Under the pieces are notes generated by a model that was given only the letters and a program-made list of their open reading frames with translations, did no database searches and was not told the origin of the DNA. Source: an uncultured Candidatus Saccharibacteria bacterium (GTDB lineage: Bacteria; Patescibacteriota; Minisyncoccia; Phycocordibacterales; JACOZG01). Taken from it: a DNA stretch of 64,000 bases. This document shows, piece after piece, positions 8,545 through 16,888 of the stretch (within the stretch, counting starts at the first letter, position 1; each line of letters starts with the position of its first letter). The DNA lies in NCBI GenBank assembly GCA_964399075.1, contig CAYNPK010000002.1, positions 20,418 through 84,417 of the forward strand, in the 5' to 3' direction. Position numbers and translations under genes: made by a program.

Positions 8545-9363
8545 TCACCCCATCTTTTCTTCCAGCAGCTTCTTTGTTTCATTGGGGTGACACATCCAGA
8601 AGTCTTCTCCCTCTATGTCGGTTGGCTCGAAGGCGATGATAAGCGGTTTGTGACCCAGTGTTTTATAGGCCTCAATAAAAGCTGGAAGAAACACTTCTCT
8701 GGTGAAGGAGATTTCTTTGTGATCAAGCATAAAGTTTTCAAACAAGACGCCGTTTCTAATGAATAATGATAGGAAGGGAGTATAGTATTCATTGGCGGTC
8801 ACGCCATGATTTTTAAACCACTTAGACGCATCGTAAAAAGAATCTCTGCGAAGTAATTTGTAAGTTTTTCTAAAAAGTCCGTGATGGAATCCTACCAGAG
8901 ATTGGTTCCATAAAGTTTTAACTTTTGAAATCTTTTTTCCTACAAATTCATTAAATTCAATGGCGTTTATTCTTTCTATTTTCATCCCCCCCTTCTTCCC
9001 TCTGCCTTGGAAAAAACTCAACTTGCCCAGGGAGTGTTTCCAGTCGTTGTTAGAAGTAAATTTATCATGCCGATATTCCCAAAACAGGAGCTTAGTATCT
9101 TCCAACGCATCAGCAATGCTGACAAATCTTCGGATTTCGTAATTGGGAGTAATCACCTGACGGAAAATTACCGCCCGCGGGTCTTTCTTGAAGGGCTCGG
9201 GGATGTCGTTCTTGAGAATTTTCAGCACTTTTTTCTCAAGTTCTTTGTCTTTTCTCCGCTCTTTTAACTCCCCAAGAGCCACCGACAGGGGAGTATAAAT
9301 AGTTTCTTCAAACAACTTCCTATTCGAGATGATTTTCGGAATATCCTCCAGTCTGGGAACCAT
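8545..9363 (-). CDS. Hypothetical 272-aa protein ('gene X'), the only intact copy of a locus whose ends recur in the island
   Basis: Long clean ORF. Leaderless promoter TTCTAA, 17 nt, TAGAAT, 6 nt, ATG. Confidence 0.75.
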   Translation of the reverse strand: MVPRLEDIPKIISNRKLFEETIYTPLSVALGELKERRKDKELEKKVLKILKNDIPEPFKKDPRAVIFRQVITPNYEIRRFVSIADALEDTKLLFWEYRHDKFTSNNDWKHSLGKLSFFQGRGKKGGMKIERINAIEFNEFVGKKISKVKTLWNQSLVGFHHGLFRKTYKLLRRDSFYDASKWFKNHGVTANEYYTPFLSLFIRNGVLFENFMLDHKEISFTREVFLPAFIEAYKTLGHKPLIIAFEPTDIEGEDFWMCHPNETKKLLEEKMG

Positions 9364-9441
9364 CTCAAGATTCTACCACAGAATGGCTAAAATTAGAAGG
9401 GGTGTTGCGTGCTCTGGTAGATTATTGCTATTCTTTGAATA

Positions 9442-10056
9442 ATGAATAAAAATATTGAAATAGAAGTACGTGGCCTGTTGACGAAAGAAAAATTCGATAA
9501 TTTAGTATGTTTATTTGAGGCGAAAGCAAAAAAGACGGCAGAGAAAAATAGAGTTTTGATTGATTACTCCACTTTTTTGGAAGGCGGAGTAAAAAATAGA
9601 AATAAGGATATACGATTGCGAGTAACTAATGGGACTCCAGAAATTATCGTCAAGATTGGTGAATGGGGAGGATCTGAACGACGGAAAGAGCTCTCAGCTT
9701 TTACTAGCCCTGGCGAGTTTGACACCTTAGTTGAGATTTTTGGTGAACTCGGATTTTGTAAAGGAATGTTGTGTGTAAGAAAAAGCAAAGTGTACGAATA
9801 CAGAGATATCGAGTTTGCATTAGTAGAAGTACCAGGACATAGTTATTATTATGAGGCAGAAAAAATGGTGCACGAAGAAGAAGACGCTGAAAAAATAATT
9901 GAAGAAATTAAAAATGTTTGCAAAGAGCTTAATCTTGAAGTTCTTGATAAAAAACATTTTTTTGAGTACATAGAAAAATTAAATAAAGAATCCAATGAGG
10001 TTTTTGAGTACAAAAACCATACTTCAAATTATTTTAAAAATAGATTTAATCTATAA
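9442..10056 (+). CDS. CYTH-domain protein (triphosphate tunnel metalloenzyme)
   Basis: N-terminal IEIEVR, IRLR and late YEAE motifs. Confidence 0.8.
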   Translation: MNKNIEIEVRGLLTKEKFDNLVCLFEAKAKKTAEKNRVLIDYSTFLEGGVKNRNKDIRLRVTNGTPEIIVKIGEWGGSERRKELSAFTSPGEFDTLVEIFGELGFCKGMLCVRKSKVYEYRDIEFALVEVPGHSYYYEAEKMVHEEEDAEKIIEEIKNVCKELNLEVLDKKHFFEYIEKLNKESNEVFEYKNHTSNYFKNRFNL

Positions 10057-10069
10057 AGAAATACGAAAA

Positions 10070-10106
10070 TAAAAACGAGCGACGGGTTTTGAACCTGCCG
10101 CTCGTT
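10070..10106 (-). terminator. Intrinsic terminator of the kinase/dehydrogenase operon
   Basis: AACGAGCGACGGGTT/ACCTGCCGCTCGTT stem with a minus-strand T-tail. Confidence 0.7.
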
Positions 10107-10126
10107 GGGAGTGAACCATTAGGATG

Positions 10127-10372
10127 TCATCCATGATGACCTCTCACAAAAATTTTCCCTCGGATAATTTTGTGTGCGGGTCTGTTATGGATAACGGCGT
10201 GACGGGCAAACTCTTGACCGCAAAAAGGGCACTTCAGATCGCCGTTGGTGTTATCCAGTATTATCATATCGGAATAACACTTAATGAGTGTTCCTCCACC
10301 CTCTTTTTTGTAGCGGTAAAGCAGAGTCATGCACTTAGCGCAATGTATTGCGATTGTGTATGTTTTTCTCAT
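10127..10372 (-). CDS. Small zinc-ribbon protein
   Basis: CAKC...CPFC; third gene of the operon. Confidence 0.7.
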   Translation of the reverse strand: MRKTYTIAIHCAKCMTLLYRYKKEGGGTLIKCYSDMIILDNTNGDLKCPFCGQEFARHAVIHNRPAHKIIRGKIFVRGHHG

Positions 10373-10381
10373 GTAAATCTC

Positions 10382-11536
10382 CTAGAATGACACCTTGATA
10401 GCGCCAAATTTTGGAGGGCATACTCCAACGCAGGCGTTGCACGAAATGCAATTGTCGGCGATAACCGCCAACGGATTTTCGTCTGCACGACGAACTATTG
10501 AGAGGGCATCAAAGGCGCAGGCACGGACGCAGATTCCGCAACCCGTACACTTCTCTTCGATCACAACAGGACGAGGTGACGAAAACTGGTGTTCACTCGT
10601 CTTGTTGAGTGTAAGTCCGACTAGCTCTTCGACCGAGGCATACTTTGGGTTCTCTGCGAGAAACCTCCGCAAGTCAGCCGTAACCCGCCTGAAGACCGTA
10701 GGACCCTTCAGTGCTGGTGCGGTGTAAAGTTGCACTGCATTTGCACCTGCCATGAGCATCTGAATCACATCGTCTGCGGTGAAGATTCCACCGCAACCGA
10801 CGACTGGGATCTCGAGTTTTTCTGAAAGTTGACGTACACACCATAGAGCAATGGGGAAAATTGCTTTTCCCGTTACTCCACCACCTCCGCCTTTGATTCC
10901 AAGTTTTGGTTTGGCGGTTTTGGTGTCAATCAACATTCCAGGGCCTATGCTGTTTGTGCAAACGATAGCATCAGCTCCCAGTTCTTCAGCTCGTTGCGCC
11001 ATCGGGATCAGCAGGTTCGAGTACGACAGCTTGATCCAGATCGGTGTCGTCGTAACATCACGCACTTTTTTCATCAGTTGTTCTAGATGTAGTGCGTCGA
11101 CATTCAGATTCCCGTGTAGTGCTCCGGAATGTGAACAGGAGATGTTGATCTCGTAAGCATCAACATCTATCTCGTCGAATGTCTGGATCAGATAGCAACA
11201 GCTATCCATGTCGCGCCCAGAAAGCGAGATGATGATCGGGCAACCAGTTTCCTTGACTTGGCGTACTCCATGTTCCTGCCAATCCGTCCACGGCTTTTCG
11301 TTTCCCCACTCGCAGTTAAGCATGTTGTCTTGACCGAAAACTGCGTAGCGTGGAGCTGTGATTCTTGAACGTTCCGCTGGAACATGTTGCTTGAGCGATC
11401 GGGTCACCACGCCAGCACATCCGTATGGTTGAGCCTTCAGGAAAAACTTCGATGTTTCGGTGATGTACCCTGAGGCCAGCAACAACGGAGTCCGTAATTT
11501 CACTTTGCCGACTTGTGCATTGAGAGACATGGCCAT
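10382..11536 (-). CDS. Dihydroorotate/dihydropyrimidine dehydrogenase-like FMN enzyme with C-terminal 2x[4Fe-4S] domain (PreA-like)
   Basis: LLASG, EINISCSH, IWIKLS, GGVTG, GCGGI; two CxxCxxCxxxC ferredoxin motifs. Confidence 0.85.
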   Translation of the reverse strand: MAMSLNAQVGKVKLRTPLLLASGYITETSKFFLKAQPYGCAGVVTRSLKQHVPAERSRITAPRYAVFGQDNMLNCEWGNEKPWTDWQEHGVRQVKETGCPIIISLSGRDMDSCCYLIQTFDEIDVDAYEINISCSHSGALHGNLNVDALHLEQLMKKVRDVTTTPIWIKLSYSNLLIPMAQRAEELGADAIVCTNSIGPGMLIDTKTAKPKLGIKGGGGGVTGKAIFPIALWCVRQLSEKLEIPVVGCGGIFTADDVIQMLMAGANAVQLYTAPALKGPTVFRRVTADLRRFLAENPKYASVEELVGLTLNKTSEHQFSSPRPVVIEEKCTGCGICVRACAFDALSIVRRADENPLAVIADNCISCNACVGVCPPKFGAIKVSF

Positions 11537-12102
11537 CCTCCTTTCTTTGTTAAGTGTGATGCCAAAACTTCGAGCACCGCATCCAGAACTCGAGATTCTC
11601 CAGCTTCAGTAACTTCAATTACTGAAGTAAATAGCGAACTTCGCAGCAGGATTGTGTTGATTTCGCTTTCGGCTGTTGTAACTCTTTTTTCTATCTCTGC
11701 CAAACTTTCGGTCTTTCGTACGACAGAAAGTCTTTTGTGGAGCAGTGAGAGGTCAAAAGTCACAAGACCGATAGTGAAAATCTCGGGGTTAATTCTGAGC
11801 GCTTCCAACATGTTGTCTGGATGCACCTCAGTCAGTTTGATGTCTGAACTTGGGAGCAGGTCTTCTTTTCTCAGGCCATAACGATGGCCAAAGAGGTCTT
11901 GGACCAAGACAAGCTCGCTAGAGTCAGTCATGCGATTGAATTCAAGAACTGGAACATGGATTCTGTTTCCGCCCTGCTCGTTTGGACGCAGAGGACGGGT
12001 TGTAAACCATGCCAATTCCTGGATGTGCGGATGAAGTTGTAGCAGTCGTTCCTTAATGAAGCCCTTGCCAATTCCAGAGGGACCGCTAAGAGAGATAATC
12101 AT
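11500..12102 (-). CDS. Guanylate-kinase-like nucleoside monophosphate kinase
   Basis: GPSGIGKG P-loop, TTRPLRPNE, GHRYG. Confidence 0.8.
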   Translation of the reverse strand: MIISLSGPSGIGKGFIKERLLQLHPHIQELAWFTTRPLRPNEQGGNRIHVPVLEFNRMTDSSELVLVQDLFGHRYGLRKEDLLPSSDIKLTEVHPDNMLEALRINPEIFTIGLVTFDLSLLHKRLSVVRKTESLAEIEKRVTTAESEINTILLRSSLFTSVIEVTEAGESRVLDAVLEVLASHLTKKGGWPCLSMHKSAK

Positions 12103-12204
12103 TACGCCTTCCTTTTCAGTTTGTGAATGTACTATGAAGAGGAAAACTTCCTCTTTCTATTAAAGAAGATAACATAAATAAGTTTTTAAGTAAATAGTAC
12201 GCGT

Positions 12205-12779
12205 CTAGAAATTACTAGCTTTTTCGCCCAGCCTCTCTAAGGCTAAGACTTCATATCTCGGAATTTTGTAACCGCCTCTCTTTTTAATTTCTGCTAGTAA
12301 CAGCTTCATGTAATGCTGAATCGCTCCGAATTTTTCGTATTTTTTATCTGTTTCTGAGGAACACTAAGAATATCTCCCAGAACCTTTCGGCAGTTCTCTG
12401 ATCCACATTCACATTTCATTTTCCATTCTGTTGGAGCCATTGTCATGGAGTAGTCGTAGGTTATTTCTTCTCCCGTATCTATATCCCTAAGCGCAAAAAG
12501 TTCACTCTTTTTTCTTATACCTCCGCTCGGGTCACAGCTGTGATTAAAAGTGCGAGACAGTTCATCAAGATCAATATAGGTTTGTCTGCCAATCTGAAAT
12601 GGGTCATCGATATTTTCTTTGCCGGAAATGACACTGTCTACAAGATTTTTTAGAGTCAATTTTTTCCCATCAAGAACGTGGATAATTTCACCCTTCTTTA
12701 TGTCCTGACCAGCAAAAACTCCCTTACCATACTTGTCGGTATTCTTAACAATTAATTTTTTGTCTGAAAATGAAGTCAT
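12205..12779 (-). pseudogene. SET-domain protein 2 with a 1-nt frameshift in a homopolymer
   Basis: NHSCDP, ITYDY, CECGSENC. Adding one A at the run at 12340-12345 restores the tail YEKFGAIQHYMKLLLAEIKKRGGYKIPRYEVLALERLGEKASNF, homologous to SET1. Confidence 0.8.
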
Positions 12780-12787
12780 GGTGGGGG

Positions 12788-12944
12788 GGTTATTGAATTA
12801 TATAACACATGATAGTTTACACAACTTCTCACGCTTTTTTATTTTTGCCACACTAGTTATTAATAGATCTAAGGTACTCCAAGCTTGTTTTTACAAAATT
12901 TACAACATTTGGTTCTTTTGTCCAAATCTTTTTTATTTCTTCCA
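12788..12944. repeat. 157-bp direct repeat, copy 2 (contains an orphan HExxH 3' end)
   Basis: Matches 5323-5479 with 3 mismatches. Confidence 0.95.
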
Positions 12945-12995
12945 CAAACTTTTTTAAATACGGGTTCATGTTTCTATTATATGATATGTGTAGCC

Positions 12996-13622
12996 CTAGC
13001 TATTTCTTATTATCTTTTCTAAGTTAGGGTAATGATCCTCAAATGCCTTTTTGATTTTCTCTGTCTCATCTATCCCAATAGGTATCTTTTGCCACCTATG
13101 AAGTTCTGGAAAAGCTTTATCAAACAATAATTCAACTAAAGTCTCCTTCTGCCATTGTCCTACTTTGTATTTATCTATCAAAGGTTGGATGTGGAGATGG
13201 ATAGTTTCGTGCAAGAGGGTGTTGATAATGCCCCCCGTGTTTTTCTTAGAAATATTTATGATTACTCCATTCGGCGGTGAATAACTGCCACCGATGCCAT
13301 ATTTTGTTAAAACTATTTCTATTTCAGGGATCGGTTCTAATTTCAATTCTTCAATTAGTTTTAATAATCTGCTTTTTTGAGATTCTATCCCTGCTCTTGC
13401 TTCTTGCTCTATGTTTAAAAAAGTTCCCGCCGAATATTCATTATCTATCCTTTTTTCTAAAGCCTCTTCGGTATCGTTTTCTAAATTTTCCATATCCATT
13501 CCTGTCGGGAAAGTTAGATTATCCAATTTGTAGCCATTAGCTTTAAACCAGTCCAACCTCTTGATTGTCTGGAGGATTCTCGTTTTCTCTAATTTTGGTG
13601 AATATTTAAAGCTGAAGTTCAT
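12996..13622 (-). CDS. HExxH metalloprotein
   Basis: YGIGGSY, LHETIH, downstream KETLVE. Confidence 0.7.
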   Translation of the reverse strand: MNFSFKYSPKLEKTRILQTIKRLDWFKANGYKLDNLTFPTGMDMENLENDTEEALEKRIDNEYSAGTFLNIEQEARAGIESQKSRLLKLIEELKLEPIPEIEIVLTKYGIGGSYSPPNGVIINISKKNTGGIINTLLHETIHLHIQPLIDKYKVGQWQKETLVELLFDKAFPELHRWQKIPIGIDETEKIKKAFEDHYPNLEKIIRNS

Positions 13623-13643
13623 GGTTATGTATTAATAATAGAC

Positions 13644-13680
13644 AAAAAAATGGCTCCGGACAAATAATGTTCGGAGCCAT
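13644..13680 (-). terminator. Intrinsic terminator after precursor 3
   Basis: ATGGCTCCGGACA/TGTTCGGAGCCAT stem with a minus-strand T-run. Confidence 0.8.
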
Positions 13681-13700
13681 CAGGTTATTACCGCTGTGCC

Positions 13701-13859
13701 TCATAGGCAATCAGGGCAATCGCAATCGGGAGGATTGGGACAATCGTCCGGGTCCGGTTGGCAGTACCCATCGCTCGACAAAGACCGAGCGCGTAGGTTT
13801 TGCACGGGTAAATCTCTTGAGATACCCGGCGTCGTCATCATTTCCGCTAGTGCTTCCAT
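13701..13859 (-). CDS. Putative Cys/Asp/Pro-rich RiPP precursor, 52 aa (MEALAEMMTTPGISRDLPVQNLRARSLSSDGYCQPDPDDCPNPPDCDCPDCL)
   Basis: Not in the ORF track. SD GAAAGGAG, 27 nt after the rSAM3 stop, terminator follows. Confidence 0.82.
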   Translation of the reverse strand: MEALAEMMTTPGISRDLPVQNLRARSLSSDGYCQPDPDDCPNPPDCDCPDCL

Positions 13860-13886
13860 GATGCCAACTCTCCTTTCTCCTGGAAC

Positions 13887-14915
13887 TTACCGTCCAGGTA
13901 CTAGGGTTTGAGCGTCGAAGACTGTCCACATCAGAGGACATCCTCCTCCGCAGTAATCCTTATGCTCACAATCGATGCACCTGTTGGATGGGTATGAGTT
14001 GATCCGGTCGTGATTGGTCGACACCTCCTCACTGTTCAATAGCCTTAGGAGTGAGTTTGCGTCATGAAAATCTTGATCGATTTCTCCTGTTGGAAATTCT
14101 GACATTCCATTACACGCAAGGAGGTTGCCAGCTGGGTCGAATATTACTCCCGTTCTGTTTTGGAATTGACATCCCGTGCAGAGTTGTCGCCTCTCCATGA
14201 GTAGACTAATAAAATCCCTTGGCCACACACAAAGTGGTGTTTTGAGAGAGAGGACCATCCTCCCATCCATCAGTTCGTGAAGCTTCTGGTATTGCGACAC
14301 GATATCTGTGACCAAATCAGCTATTGGGATCATTCCAGTTGTGCTAGGCCCCCGTTTGCCGACTGAAGGAGTGCAAGGACTAATGCTCACGCTATTTGCT
14401 CCACACTCTCGCGCAAAGGTCACAAGTTGGAGAAGTTTACCTCGAACGAAAGAGTTGTAGACCAGGCTAGCCCCGCATCCAAATTCTGAGGCTAATCGAG
14501 ATAGTCCAAGTCTCAATTGTTGCCAGTTGGATATGTGTGCCAGACTTTTACCTGACTCCTCATCGAAAGCTTTGATGGAGGGACTTACCCGATCATTTGG
14601 TGATTTTAGATATCCTGACCAGAAAAGATCGTCAGAAAATCTCTCTCCGTTTGTGACGATTGTGGTCTTGATTCCACAAGCTCTTGACTCCCTGTTGAAT
14701 CTTAAAAGAGGTTCCCAGAGCGTGGGTTCCCCCCCGATCAGGTCAATCTGCTTTATCTCCAAGTCTTTAATTATTGACAGAAGCCTTAGAGATAGTGGTA
14801 GGCTCATTGTTTTGCCACCGTCAAAACCTTGGTTTCTTGCATAACACCATTTACAACGGAAGTTGCACGACAAGTTTGTTGTAATCCAGGCAACCTTTGG
14901 TTTGGCTGTAAGCAT
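13887..14915 (-). CDS. Radical SAM/SPASM peptide maturase 3
   Basis: CNFRCKWC, GGEPT, VTNG; GC, GNLLAC, CIDCEHKDYCGGGC. SD GGGAGG; promoter TTGACA (15011), 17 nt, TAGTCT. Confidence 0.9.
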   Translation of the reverse strand: MLTAKPKVAWITTNLSCNFRCKWCYARNQGFDGGKTMSLPLSLRLLSIIKDLEIKQIDLIGGEPTLWEPLLRFNRESRACGIKTTIVTNGERFSDDLFWSGYLKSPNDRVSPSIKAFDEESGKSLAHISNWQQLRLGLSRLASEFGCGASLVYNSFVRGKLLQLVTFARECGANSVSISPCTPSVGKRGPSTTGMIPIADLVTDIVSQYQKLHELMDGRMVLSLKTPLCVWPRDFISLLMERRQLCTGCQFQNRTGVIFDPAGNLLACNGMSEFPTGEIDQDFHDANSLLRLLNSEEVSTNHDRINSYPSNRCIDCEHKDYCGGGCPLMWTVFDAQTLVPGR

Positions 14916-15025
14916 TTGAGTTTCCTCCCAATATCAAAGAACAAAATGAGATCGGGACCATCCTGAATCTCGTCTAAGATTAAGACTACGTCTGCTATTT
15001 TATTTTGTCAAGATTATGTATCCGT

Positions 15026-15106
15026 CTACCCCATCTTTTCTTCCAACAGCTTCTTAGTTTCATTGGGATGGAACATCCAGAAGCCCTCTCCCTCTATGTC
15101 GGTTGG
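15026..15106 (-). repeat. Remnant of the 3' end of gene X
   Basis: Aligns with about 8545-8625 and includes the stop codon. Confidence 0.9.
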
Positions 15107-15130
15107 GTAGAATTAGTGTAATATAAAGAT

Positions 15131-15460
15131 ATAGACAACTGTATTTTTTGCAAAATCACTCGAAAAGAATTGCCAAGTGAGATTGTCTTTGAGGACGATG
15201 ATTTTCTCGCTTTTTTGGATATTGAACCGAAAACTCTTGGTCATACTATTTTAATACCCAAACAACATTGTACCCAATTAGAGAGTCTTTCTCGGCCACT
15301 GCAAGAAAAATTGATCAATTTGATCAGTAGACGTTCGGCTGAATTGAAAGAGAAATACAAATACACTAGTACTGTAATTCTAATCAATAACGGCGAAGCG
15401 GTTGAAGACATTAAACATTTCCATGTTCATATCTACGGTTGGCCAGCTACAGAGCTTTAA
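15131..15460 (+). CDS. HIT-family nucleotide hydrolase with an apparent ATA start
   Basis: (I)DNCIFCKI, GHTILIPK, HFHVH. An in-frame TAA at 15119 excludes any upstream start. Confidence 0.8.
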   Translation: MDNCIFCKITRKELPSEIVFEDDDFLAFLDIEPKTLGHTILIPKQHCTQLESLSRPLQEKLINLISRRSAELKEKYKYTSTVILINNGEAVEDIKHFHVHIYGWPATEL

Positions 15461-15615
15461 TTTGTCATTTTCCACCAAACAAATCAATTAGATTGACTAG
15501 TGAAAGCCAGATTGTATAAAAAACAAAGAAATGTTAGTCTGTAATTGGTCAGATTGGCTCATTGTGAAGTACCATTGAACCCAGAAAGGGGGTGATAAAA
15601 TGCTATAATTTATTT

Positions 15616-15975
15616 ATGGATAACGATGTTGGTCAATTCAAAAAGGAATTGAAACTTGTCAACGATGCTTTGGGATCAGAAGTAATGGAAGAAAAAATAA
15701 TTAAATATCTTACTCCTCTTGTGAAGCGTGTCGCTCAAGAGTTCATCGATGATTACCAACGCCAGAAAAACCTTAAACTAACTGGACAAGAGAAAGCTTT
15801 GGCAACAAAAGCTGGATGGGCGCATCTCCATTTGGCTTTACGCAAATACGCCGAGACGGCAATAGACATGGCAGAGGGGAGGAAGAAGCCATACACTTTC
15901 AGTGCTTATTTTACTTGGTTTGTAAAACAAGGAGTATCTGAATATTTGCAGTTTCAATATTTATCAAAAACTTAA
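15616..15975 (+). CDS. Stand-alone sigma70 region-2-like protein
   Basis: LVKRVAQEF and YTFSAYFTWFVKQGV resemble LVVSIAKRY and YKFSTYATWWIRQAI. TATAAT lies just before ATG 15616. Confidence 0.6.
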   Translation: MDNDVGQFKKELKLVNDALGSEVMEEKIIKYLTPLVKRVAQEFIDDYQRQKNLKLTGQEKALATKAGWAHLHLALRKYAETAIDMAEGRKKPYTFSAYFTWFVKQGVSEYLQFQYLSKT

Positions 15976-15984
15976 GATCATTCT

Positions 15985-16254
15985 CTAGGCTTTTATTGTC
16001 TCAAAATGTAGAACGACTTCTTTTGGTATGGTCATTGCACCGCGAAGGTCGTCATTTTGATTAGTTACTATCTCTCTAGCCAAAACATAATTATCAGGAT
16101 TATCTTCAATCAAAAAACCGACTACGTGGAAAATATGCAATGGGAAATTCTTATTTGGCGTACTTGGTTTCTCCATCTGTTGATCCCAGAGTACGATATC
16201 TTTGTAAACCAAGAAAACTATTGGGTATTTAGCTGTGTGTTTGTTTGTGGGCAT
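15985..16254 (-). CDS. Small hypothetical protein (89 aa)
   Basis: AT-rich distal half of ORF 15985-16506, separated from the GC-rich half by a terminator. Confidence 0.6.
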   Translation of the reverse strand: MPTNKHTAKYPIVFLVYKDIVLWDQQMEKPSTPNKNFPLHIFHVVGFLIEDNPDNYVLAREIVTNQNDDLRGAMTIPKEVVLHFETIKA

Positions 16255-16273
16255 AATATAACTTAAAATTAAT

Positions 16274-16316
16274 AAAAAAAGGTGGCTCTGCATGGTGTAT
16301 GCTCGGCCACCTTTTT
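16274..16316 (-). terminator. Intrinsic terminator
   Basis: Minus strand AAAAAGGTGGC...GCCACCTTTTTTT. Confidence 0.75.
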
Positions 16317-16331
16317 GTTGAAAGGGGTCAT

Positions 16332-16497
16332 TCATTTGCCCCTCGTCGAACCACGGCTTCCGCCGCCGGAACCGGCATTGCCGGTGCATGCCGCCTTTTC
16401 CACCCTTGGAATTGCGCACCACGGGGAACGGCGTAGCCTTGTCGCTACCTGGATAGCCCATGCTGTCCGGGCGCCGCGCACAATCGTAGTTGGCCAT
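16332..16497 (-). pseudogene. SD-led small peptide gene, probably frameshifted
   Basis: SD AAAGGAGGTG plus ATG 16497; promoter TTTACA, 16 nt, TATACT. No in-frame stop before the terminator, while the +1 frame stops at 16332. Confidence 0.45.
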
Positions 16498-16626
16498 GCT
16501 TATCACCTCCTTTCACTGACCTAAAAAAGTACTACCTTGCCTAGGCACTGTGTCTAGGCAACTGGAAGTTAGTATAGCATGAGGATTGTAATTGTAAAGA
16601 ACTTGTGTTTATAACCAAAACTAATC

Positions 16627-16705
16627 TCACCTCATCTTTTCTTCCACAAACTTCTTAGTTTCATTCTCAAGATTCTACCACAGAATAGCTAAAATTAGAA
16701 GGGGG
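16627..16705 (-). repeat. Gene X collapsed to its promoter plus last ~12 codons
   Basis: 16627-16664 matches the X 3' end and 16665-16705 matches the X promoter; the junction is at a shared CAT. Confidence 0.9.
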
Positions 16706-16888
16706 AGTGCAAAGATTTGGTGAGATGACAGCCTTGTTATTTTTTGAATCGGCGTGAGGGGCTGTTGAATAATCAAGAATAAAGTACTAAGTAAACTGCA
16801 AAGGATGTCCTTGATATTTTGCTACCCAGATGTTAATTTGTAAATAGTGTATGGTTGATTCAATTGGTCTTTAAAAAAGGAAGAAGTT

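Noticed and set aside
15985-16506. Single 173-aa protein
   Set aside because: An internal terminator and an abrupt GC shift indicate two units.
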